From Octopus sinensis (lineage: Eukaryota), in NCBI RefSeq assembly GCF_006345805.1, contig NW_021827614.1, positions 1-9,978 on the forward strand: a DNA stretch of 9,978 bases, read 5' to 3'. The notes under the pieces were generated by a model. The model was not told the origin of the DNA, did no database searches, and saw only the letters and a program-made list of their open reading frames with translations. This document shows positions 1 to 8,659 of the stretch, one piece after another. Within the stretch, counting starts at the first letter, position 1, and every line of letters starts with the position of its first letter. The translations under genes were made by a program, and so were the position numbers.

Positions 1-126
1 CATACATGCACGCATGCATACATACATACATACCATACATACATACATACGACATACATACATCATACATACATACATACATACATACATCATACATACA
101 TCATATATATATATATATATATTATA
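1..126. repeat. (TACA)n/(CATA)n microsatellite grading into (TA)n
   Basis: Directly visible imperfect CATA tetramer repeat followed by a TA dinucleotide run. Confidence 0.95.
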
Positions 127-218
127 CAAACATCCATACATAAAATTGTTTTCATAATCGAAACTGTGCCGGTGCTTACTCATCATCTTTTATACATTTT
201 GTATAATTTCTTCAAATC

Positions 219-231
219 TATATATATATAT

Positions 232-271
<40 letters not shown>

Positions 272-272
272 G

Positions 273-320
<48 letters not shown>

Positions 321-430
321 CATATATATATTATATATAATATATATATATATAATATATATATATATTATATATATTCTATATATATATATATATATAT
401 ATCTATATATAGATATACATATATATAATA
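219..430. repeat. compound (TA)n-(CA)n-(TA)n microsatellite
   Basis: Directly visible. It explains the YIYI/THTH ORFs 166..483 and 183..437. Confidence 0.95.
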
Positions 431-440
431 CAAACATGCA

Positions 441-1032
441 CAGGGGCTTAAGGTATCTCAGGGTCTTGCTACATTTCTGTTAACTCTGTATAATCTTTGT
501 TTCAGGAATAATAATGGCAAACCCTCAACTTACTCAAGAATGGCAATGGCATGCTGTTAGCCCTGGATAGACAGTGTATGCAATGGAAGGCCATATATGT
601 TTCAGTAAGACTCTGCACTATCATACATGGCTCTAGTAACATAGTAATAGATGGCTGAAAATTTTCATGATCCCATAACCCCTTACACTTGGCCTCCTAA
701 TTCCCCAGATCTCAATCCATTGGACTATTATATGCGGAGGGTTGTTGAGAGAGAGAGAGAGGTCAATGAACACGCCCATTCTTTGAAAGCTGTCATTGTC
801 AGAGTAATGTCCAAAATGAACCAGGACCACTTGATTCGAGCATATAGATGATTTAGATCTTATATAGAAGCAGTTGTTGAAGCTAAAGGTGGGTTTGTAG
901 AATAACATTATAGAGAAGAAGGTTTATTTTTATCCTCATAACATCTTTTGATAGATGAGTTATCATCTGTTATTATATGACTGTTTTTTTTTTATAAACG
1001 TAAATCTTCCCTGAAATATCTTTCGCACACTG
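441..1032 (+). mobile_element. internally deleted, non-autonomous Tc1/mariner DNA transposon, DD37D (maT) family, with degenerate TIRs
   Basis: Left end CAGGGGCTTAAGGTATCTCAGGG (441-463) matches the reverse complement of the right end, CAGTGTGCGAAAGATATTTCAGGG (1032-1009), at 18 of 24 aligned positions. The right end is followed by TA and the left is preceded by CA (possibly a mutated TA). Transposase remnants lie inside. Confidence 0.8.
514..905 (+). pseudogene. DD37D (maT) transposase pseudogene: putative short N-terminus fused out of frame to the catalytic C-terminus
   Basis: Frame from 561 reads PWIDSVCNGRPYMFQ*DSALSYMALVT***MAENFHDPITPYTWPPNSPDLNPLDYY...LIRAYR*FRSYIEAVVEAKGGFVE*. It has a degenerate FQQDSAP motif (D at 609) and WPPNSPDLNPLDY (D at 723), with 37 codons between the two D residues. 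Several in-frame stops are present. A possible N-terminus, MANPQLTQEWQWHAV, starts at 514 in a different frame. Confidence 0.9.
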
Positions 1033-1042
1033 TATATATGTA

Positions 1043-1455
1043 CGATGTCTGATCAATAAGTATCCGGCCTGTTGCCATAGTAATGATACGAAAGCACACA
1101 GAGTAAAGCCGCTTGGCACATGTTGACCTTGATCTCTGTTGTGCATTGCACTAAGTCTTAACGTTCTAACTCACTTCCGTTATTTACAGCAGTGATTGGA
1201 AGGAAGGTGTGTAGCGTGTGATCATCGCATTGACCATGATAGAAGTTGTCATGACGATACCTGTTCACAGGCCAACACAAAGTTGCAGAAGCTTATGGAG
1301 AGGAGTCTGAGCCGCACATAAGTGTATCAGTGCTTCAGACGTTTCCAAGATGGCCGAAAAATGTCGATATTGACAAACGTTCTGGGAGATCCGCAACCAT
1401 CTGAAATGAGAGAAGTATCGCAGATATGCCTGCATCTGTGAGGGGAAACCGTCTC
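1043..1455 (+). mobile_element. 5' fragment of a mariner-type transposon (left TIR, 5' UTR, degenerate N-terminal HTH region)
   Basis: TA followed by CGATGTCTGATCAATAAGTATCCGG resembles a mariner left terminus. Frameshifted translation from ~1256 gives DTCSQANTKLQ/AYGEE/LSRT*VYQCFRRFQDGRK/NVDIDKRSGRSATI*NERSIADMPASVRGNRL, matching the mariner N-terminal pattern (..WFxRFxxGRxxVxDxxRSGRP..). The fragment is cut off by the (TACA)n tract, so there is no catalytic domain or right TIR. Confidence 0.8.
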
Positions 1456-1508
1456 GTACATTCATACATTCATACATACATACATACATACATGCATACA
1501 TACATACA

Positions 1509-1542
<34 letters not shown>

Positions 1543-2143
1543 CATACATGCATGCATACATACATACATACATACACACACATACATACATACATACATA
1601 CATTCATACATACATACATACACACACAGACATACATACATACACATACACATACATACATACATACATACATATATACATGCATGCATACATACATACA
1701 TACATACATACACACATACATACATACATACATTCATACATACATACATACACACACACATACATACATACACACACACACATACATACATACATACATC
1801 ATACATACATACATACATGCATGCATACATATATACATACATACACACATACATACATACATACATACATGCAAGCATACATACATACATACACACACAC
1901 ACAAACATACATACATGCAAGCACACATATATACATGCATACATACATACATACATATATACATACATACATACATACATACATACAAAATATCGGAGGC
2001 TATGAATATCAGCAAGACATGAATATCATGCAAGCATACATATATACATACACACACACATACATACATACATACACACACACATACATACATACATACA
2101 TACATACATACATACATACATACATACATACATACATACATAC
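1456..2143. repeat. long imperfect (TACA)n microsatellite with (CA)n interruptions
   Basis: Directly visible, ~690 bp, interrupted at 1986-2030. It explains all HTYI/MYVC ORFs. Confidence 0.95.
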
Positions 2144-2177
2144 AAAATATCGGAGGCTATGAATATCAGCAAGACAT
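1986..2177. repeat. 35-bp perfect direct repeat CAAAATATCGGAGGCTATGAATATCAGCAAGACAT (1986-2020 and 2143-2177)
   Basis: Two identical copies 157 bp apart, separated by microsatellite. Confidence 0.95.
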
Positions 2178-2280
2178 ACTTAAGTTTTAATGGCTGACAG
2201 TTAAATCAAGACACAACCGTAGAACAAAATCGGAAGTCGGTCAAATTTTACTCTAAATTTAAAAATGAAAGGGGGAAAAT

Positions 2281-2405
2281 ACGCATACATACATAAGTGT
2301 GAGTGTGTGTTATATGTGTGTATGCTTGTATGTGCATTCTTGCTTGCGTACGTGTGTGTATGCGTGTGTGAGTTTGTGTGTGTGTGTGTGTGTATGTGTA
2401 TACAT
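2281..2405. repeat. degenerate (TG)n microsatellite
   Basis: Alternating TG/TA/CG tract, directly visible. Confidence 0.85.
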
Positions 2406-2947
2406 AAAAGAATATGAGTATCTCAGTGTGTCGAGTGGAAATATTAAAGCGTTCGTCACTGGTTACATTTGATGTTTTAATTGTAGGAGATATTTGGTTT
2501 CTTGTTTCTATGTTTATTTTAGAGGCAATAAACGATACAAAATTTTCATGCTTCATTTTCTATGTCTGACTGATCTGGATTGAAGAAATTTGTACAGAAA
2601 TTTGCAAGCGCGATAAGAAAAAAAAACAAAAACAGAAAGAAGACAGGAATTTTATTGACCAATCACAACTCAGCGTGAATAATTTTAATGTTTCATTCCA
2701 TAGAACTACATACGCGCGCGCACGTACATACGCACTCACAGACAATCACACACACCCACACACATTATTTAAGACAGTTTGATTCAGCTCCTTGGAAAAT
2801 GAAGTTTCGCTGGCCTTCTCATAGAGGTCCGCAAAATATAAGTTACAAGGAGCGGAATCAAATAGCTTTAATATAACTCTTACTAAATATGTTGAGTCCA
2901 TTTTCCTTCCGTTTGTCCACTATCTCATATGTTTCTATATATATATA

Positions 2948-3100
2948 CTAGCAGTATCGCCCGGCGTTGCTCGGGTTTGTAAGGGAAATAACTATATAAG
3001 CATTTTTAGAGTGTTATAGCCAAAAAATAGCAAAAAAATGCATTAAAAATGGGGAAAAAATGATGGTAAATTTATTTTTAAATCGTAGACTCATCATAGA
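2948..3100 (-). mobile_element. Helitron-like non-autonomous element, 3' terminal fragment
   Basis: Minus strand ends ...CCCGAGCAACGCCGGG-CGATACTG-CTAG|T: a GC-rich hairpin (2960-2975) 8 nt before a terminal CTAG followed by T, which is the canonical Helitron 3' signature. The 5' TC end was not identified and the 3100 boundary is approximate. Confidence 0.65.
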
Positions 3101-3154
3101 TTTACTATATATACACACACATATATATATACACACACATACATATATATATAT

Positions 3155-3385
3155 TCATTTATTCTTTTACTTGTTTCAGTCATTTGACTGCGGCCATGCT
3201 GGAGCACCGCCTTTAGTCGAGCAAGTCGACCCCGGGACTTATTCTTTGTAAACCTAGTACTTATACTATCGGTATCTTTTGCCGAACCGTCTAAGTGACG
3301 GGGACATAAACACACCAGCATCGGTTGTCAAGCAATGCTAGGGGGACAAATACAAGCACACGAACACATACACATGCATATATAT

Positions 3386-3418
<33 letters not shown>

Positions 3419-3606
3419 CATATTATATATATATACTATATACGACAGGCTTCTTTTCAGTTTCCGTCTACCAAATCCACTCACACAGGCTTGGTCAGCC
3501 CGAGGCTATAGTAGAAGACACTTGCCCAAGGTGCCACGCAGTGGGACTGAACCCGGAACCATGTGGTCGGTAACAAGCTACTTACCACACAGCCACTCCT
3601 GCACCT
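3155..3606 (-). mobile_element. full-length tRNA-derived SINE (Octopus-type, CORE-like central motif) with an internal microsatellite
   Basis: Minus strand starts AGGTGCAGGAGTGGCTGTGTGGTAAG. It has an A-box-like TGGCTGTGTGG (3595-3585), a B-box GGTTCAGTCCC (3553-3543) and a CORE-like ACCTTGGGCAAGTGTCTT. An internal (TA)/(TG) tract (~3351-3440) precedes the 3' body (..GGCGGTGCTCCAGCATGGCCGCAGTC..) and an A-rich tail GTAAAAGAATAAATGAA. The assignment to Octopus is from memory of that family, not from a search. Confidence 0.85.
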
Positions 3607-3802
3607 ATATATATATGTACAAATACATATAAAAATATATTCATATGTATCTGTGGGTAGATATATATATATATATATGTATCTATTAGAGACACACACA
3701 CATGCACACAGACACACACTCACACACATGCACACACACACACACACACACACTCACACACATGCACACACACACACACACACACACTCACACACACACA
3801 CA
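3607..3802. repeat. (TA)n and (CA)n microsatellites
   Basis: Directly visible, with a long CA run at ~3690-3802. Confidence 0.9.
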
Positions 3803-3923
3803 TAGTTAAAGAAGTGATTTGTTAAATTCTCAAACGCAGGATAATGCTAATAATATAGACCGAGCAGGTTAAACTACCCCTGTTTTGCAGAAAAAAGTGT
3901 TGGCGGCCATATATATATATATA

Positions 3924-6897
3924 TTTGTCTATGCCAGAAAAAAGGCTTTTTCGTTCGTCCTCTTGTGTTTGTTTTTGTACTTGTATTTTAATTTTGCAGT
4001 CTTATTGTTTACGTTACGTCTTGTTTGTGTCGTACTCATTGTGCCCCGCTGCTTGAAATTTTATTTTAATTCTCTCGCAGGAAGGCCTATTGGATTAGTG
4101 TTCTGTTATGCCTTCGAAACATGCCTGACTCCTCTAGCGACAGCTGATGACGGGGGTTTTGTCCTGTGTAACCTGTCCTGTATTTGGTTTTCGTTTTCCG
4201 TTTTCTTGTTTTTTGTTTTTTGGCTTTTTCTGTTTCTACGTCTTATTGTGATGTCCGTACTTCCGTATAATTATTTATATGCATGTATATATACATGTAG
4301 ATGTAGGTACGTACATATATGTTTGTATGTATGCATATATTTTTATTTATCTCCTTATTGTCTGACAGCGCCCCGCATCAGGTTCGTTCCGATTCGTCTT
4401 TCGATCCACTTCTTGGCCCCTTTTTTTTTATATTAATATTATTATATTGAAGATGCGGTACTCTCTCTCTCCTTTGCTTTAACCTCTTCAATCTTTCTCC
4501 CTCCCCCTCCTCCTCTCTCTCTTCGCCGCGTGTCCCCCTCCTCCTTCCCTCTTCCTTGCCTATAAAACAAAATTCCTTTACACGTGGTTACCACTATTGA
4601 AAAGACTGCCTCCACGCGCTGTACTACTACACTTTCGTCCTTGCCAGCAAAAAGGCTTCTTCGTTCGTCCCCTTGTGTGGTTAATTTCCTGTATAGTATT
4701 CTTGTTATTTTCTCGTTTTGTAACTAATTGTACTTTTTGTACATGTATTTTTATTTTTGCAGTTTTTTATTGTTGTCTATGCCAGAAAAAAGGCTTTTTC
4801 GTTCGTCCTCTTGTGTTTGTTTTTGTACTTGTTATTTTAATTTTGCAGTCTTATTGTTACGTCTTGTTTGTGTTCGTACTCATTGTGCCCCGCTGCTTGA
4901 AATTTTATTTTAATTCTCTCGCAGGAAGGCCTATTGGATTAGTGTTCTGTTATGCCTTCGAACATGCCTGACTCCTCTAGCGACAGCTGATGACGGGGGT
5001 TTTGTCCTTGTGTAACCTGTCCTGTATTTGGTTTTCGTTTTCCGTTTTCTTGTTTTTTGTTTTTTTTGGCTTTTTCTGTTTCTACGTCTTATTGTGATGT
5101 CCTGTACTTCCGTATAATTATTTATATATGCATGTATATATACATGTAGATGTAGGTACGTACATATATGTTTGTATGTATGCATATATTTTTATTTATC
5201 TCCTTATTGTCTGACAGCGCCCCGCATCAGGTTCGTTCCGATTCGTCGTTTCGATCCACTTCTTGGTCCCCTTTTTTTTTTTATTTATATATTATATTAT
5301 TATATGAAGATGCGGTACTCTCTCCTTTGCTTTAACCTCTTCAATCTTTCTCCCCCCCCTCCTCCTCTTCTCTTCGCCGCGTGTCCCCCTCCTCCTTCCC
5401 TCTTCCTTGCCTATAAAACAAAATTCCTTTACACGTGGTTACCACTATTGAAAAGACTGCCTCCACGCGCTTGCTACTACACTTTCGTCGTCCTTGCCAG
5501 CAAAAAGGCTTCTTCGTTCGTCCCCTTGTGTGGTTAATTTCCTGTATAGTATTCTTGTTATTTTCTCGTTTTGTAACTAATTGTACTTTTTGTACTGTAT
5601 TTTTATTTTTGCAGTTTTATTGTTTGTCTATGCCAGAAAAAAGGCTTTTTCGTTCGTCTCTTGTGTTTGTTTTTGTACTTGTATTTTAATTTTGCAGTCT
5701 TATTGTTACGTCTTGTTTGTGTTCGTACTCATTGTGCCCCGCTGCTTGAAATTTTATTTTAATTCTCTCGCAGGAAGGCCTATTGGATTAGTGTTCTGTT
5801 ATGCCTTCGAAACATGCCTGACTCCTCTAGCGACAGCTGATGACGGGGGTTTTGTCCTTGTTTAACCTGTCCTGTATTTGTTTTTCGTTTTCCGTTTTCT
5901 TGTTTTTTGTTTTTTGGCTTTTTCTGTTTCTACGTCTTATTGTGATGTCCTGTACTTCCGTATATTTATATTTATATATGCATGTATATATACATGTAGA
6001 TGTAGGTACGTACATATGTTTGTATGTATGCATATATTTTTATTTATCTCCTTATTGTCTGACAGCGCCCCGCATTCAGGTTCGTTCCGATTCGTCGTTT
6101 CGATCCACTTCTTGGTCCCCTTTTTTTTTATATTTATATTATTATATTGAAGATGCGGTACTCTCTCCCTTGCTTAACCTCTTCAATCTTTCTCCTCCCC
6201 CCTCCTCCTCTCTCTTCGCCGCGTGTGCCCCTCCTCCTTCCTCTTCCTTGCCTATAAAACAAAATTCCTTTACACGTGGTTACCACTATTGAAAAGACTG
6301 CCTCCACGCGCTGCTACTACACTTTCGTCCTTGCCAGCAAAAGGCTTTTTCGTTCGTTTCGTCCCTTTTGTGGTTAATTTCCTGTATATATTTCTTGTTA
6401 TTTTCTCGTTTTGTAACTAATTGTACTTTTTGTACATGTATTTTTATTTTTGCAGTTTTATTGTTTGTCTATGCCAGAAAAAAGGCTTTTTCGTTCGTCC
6501 TCTTGTGTTTGTTTTTGTACTTGTATTTTAATTTTGCAGTCTTATTGTTACGTCTTGTTTGTGTTCGTACTCATTGTGCCCCGCTGCTTGAAATTTTATT
6601 TTAATTCTCTCGCAGGAAGGCCTATTGGATTAGTGTTCTGTTATGCCTTCGAAACATGCCTGACTCCTCTAGCGACAGCTGATGACGGGGGTTTTGTCCT
6701 TGTGTAACCTGTCCTGTATTTGGTTTTCGTTTTCCGTTTTCCTTGTTTTTGTTTTTTGGCTTTTTCTGTTTCTACGTACGTCTTATTGTGATGTCCTGTA
6801 CTTCCGTATAATATTTATATATGCATGTATATATACATGTAGATGTAGGTACGTACATATATGTTTGTATGTATGCATATATTTTTATTTATCTCCT
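3924..6897. repeat. head-to-tail tandem array, ~845-bp monomer, ~3.5 copies
   Basis: Marker ATGCCAGAAAAAAGGC has its GCC at 3933, 4781, 5632 and 6473. Marker GCAG|GAAGGCC occurs at 4081, 4925, 5774 and 6616 (spacing 841-851). Monomers start at ~3924, 4772, 5623 and 6464, and the last is partial (~434 bp). Both ends are flanked by (TA)n. Confidence 0.97.
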
Positions 6898-7170
6898 ATA
6901 TATATATATATATATATATTATATTATATATCTATATATATGCAAGTATGGATGTTTATGTATATATGCATGCGTTTATTGTATTCCGTATTTGCGTAAA
7001 ACTATCAATGTGCTCACTCTTCAACACTTATTCAAATTAATACCCTCTCTCTGTCTCACCGTTTCTCCTTCTCTCTCTTTCTCCATCTGTTTCCCCTCTC
7101 TCCCCGCTCTCTCCCCCTCTCTCTCCCCCCTCTCCTCCCTCTCTCCCCCTCTCTTTTCCGTCTCTTATTT
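6898..7170. repeat. (TA)n tract followed by a (CT)n/polypyrimidine tract
   Basis: TA run at 6898-6940 and CT-rich run at ~7045-7170. Confidence 0.85.
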
Positions 7171-7539
7171 TTTCCCTACTACACACTCGAAATATATTCA
7201 ATATTTTCTCAATCAAAATTGAAACAACAGATGTTTTGACATACATCTGCTTACAAAAGCAACGATCATTTTGAAGGGAACGGTACCCTGTGAGTGCCTG
7301 GCATATAAGCCAGTCGGGGGGGTTAGAAATTGACAGCAGACATTCTGACCGGTCGTTTGATGTGAGGCGCTAGTTGGCCGGCGACGTGTGAATACAACAT
7401 CAGGTTGATAACGCAAGTGGCGCCTATTTATCAAGATTTCAATACCTGCGACAAAGCGAGCCGTTATTTCCTCAGATATACGTGAATTGTCTATCGATTC
7501 CTAGTGTAATGTATGCAACATATAACATACTTATGAGTT

Positions 7540-7885
7540 CATGTATATGCATATATAATATTATATCTATATATATATATATTATATATATATATATAAA
7601 AAGTATGCATACACATGATCATATACGTATAGAAATATGTATATATGTATGAATATATGTATTATGTATCTATCTATCTATCTATCAATCTATCTATCTA
7701 TCGATCTACATATCTATCTATGTCCCTGTCTGTCCCTCTCCCTGTGTATATATTATATATACATATATGTGTATATATATGTATATGTATATATGTATGT
7801 ATATATATGTGTGCATATATATATATATATATATATAATATATATACATACACACACTTACACACACATACATATATATATTTTA
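7540..7885. repeat. compound (TA)n/(TCTA)n/(TG)n/(CA)n microsatellite
   Basis: Directly visible, with a TCTA repeat at ~7668-7720. Confidence 0.9.
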
Positions 7886-8171
7886 TAGCAAATGAAAGAG
7901 AGGATGGAAATACGAGAATTTATTATTAATCACGACAATTGTTTCGACACCTTAACAACTGTGGGACACTTAACAACTGGTTCAGGAGCATCCGGTGGTG
8001 CGGCTGTATGTTGACGGATGATAAATAAATACAACTCTTTAAAATGAGTATTCTGCAATGTATATGTTATGTATAGCTTCATTGGAGCTTCAAATATGAA
8101 GTGCAATCATGAATACAGAGTGAAGCACAAGCATTCAAATTTAAATACTTTACATCTTATAACAGAAACAG

Positions 8172-8313
8172 CTATAAGCCAATGCAGTCTATGGCATAAT
8201 TTCTTATTCCGTTGTCATCCAAATATATTTTTGCGATTCTGTACACTGGTGAAGTTCCGTTCTCTAATATATGTACACTGAGTTCTAGCAGCGGATTATT
8301 AGCATTACAATGC
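8172..8313 (-). CDS. possible terminal coding exon of an unidentified gene (speculative)
   Basis: A T-rich tract ending TTACACTTAG|G is followed by HCNANNPLLELSVHILENGTSPVYRIAKIYLDDNGIRNYAIDCIGL*. There is a minus-strand AATAAA at 7924-7919. No family was recognised. Confidence 0.2.
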
Positions 8314-8429
8314 CTAAGTGTAATAATAAGATACAAATATATATTAAATATATATTCATTTTCATTTATTCTTGTATGCGTATCAGCCCAAAGCTGTGGT
8401 GATATCGGTGTGCCACCAATAAATTTACA

Positions 8430-8552
8430 TATATTTACACACACAAAGACACACGCGTGCACATATACACACAAACACATAGACAACCACACAAAACACA
8501 TATATCTGCATCCATATGTGTAGCTATCAATCTAAATATATATGTATATATA

Positions 8553-8604
<52 letters not shown>

Positions 8605-8659
8605 ATATAATATATTATATTATATATATACTCTTGTATGTATATATATAATATATATA
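8430..8659. repeat. (CA)n/(TA)n microsatellite
   Basis: Directly visible. Confidence 0.9.

Noticed and set aside
1426-2162. Long ORFs (up to 204 aa) rich in HTYI/MYVC
   Set aside because: They are translations of the (TACA)n microsatellite, which lacks stop codons in most frames.
4075-4180. Hammerhead-like words in each monomer: GAAGGC..GCCTTC stem followed by GAAACATG, and CTGATGA 24 nt downstream
   Set aside because: No CUGANGA precedes the stem, GAAACATG is followed by CC rather than UH, there is no GUH between GAAA and CUGAUGA, and no GAAA follows CUGAUGA. No type I, II or III hammerhead can be folded, so a retrozyme call is unsupported.
4276-4339. Nested palindromes (CATGTATATATACATG, GTACGTAC, TATATGCAT..ATGCATATA)
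   Set aside because: Alternating purine-pyrimidine low-complexity sequence is self-complementary by default, so this is not evidence of function.
4381-4410. B-box-like GGTTCGTTCC and TTTCGATCC in the monomer (possible tRNA/SINE/Pol III unit)
   Set aside because: Each has a mismatch to GTTCRANNC, there is no suitably placed A-box, and no cloverleaf can be formed.
3924-6897. Interpretation of the array as tandem TRIM/LTR elements or as a CRISPR-like array
   Set aside because: There are no TG..CA termini and no PBS or PPT at the R/U junctions. The units are wholly repeated with no unique spacers, and the context is eukaryotic.
3885-6999. Many hydrophobic F/L/V/C-rich plus-strand ORFs and K/R/T-rich minus-strand ORFs in the array
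   Set aside because: They result from T-rich strand skew. Frames and lengths are not conserved between monomers and there are no recognisable domains.
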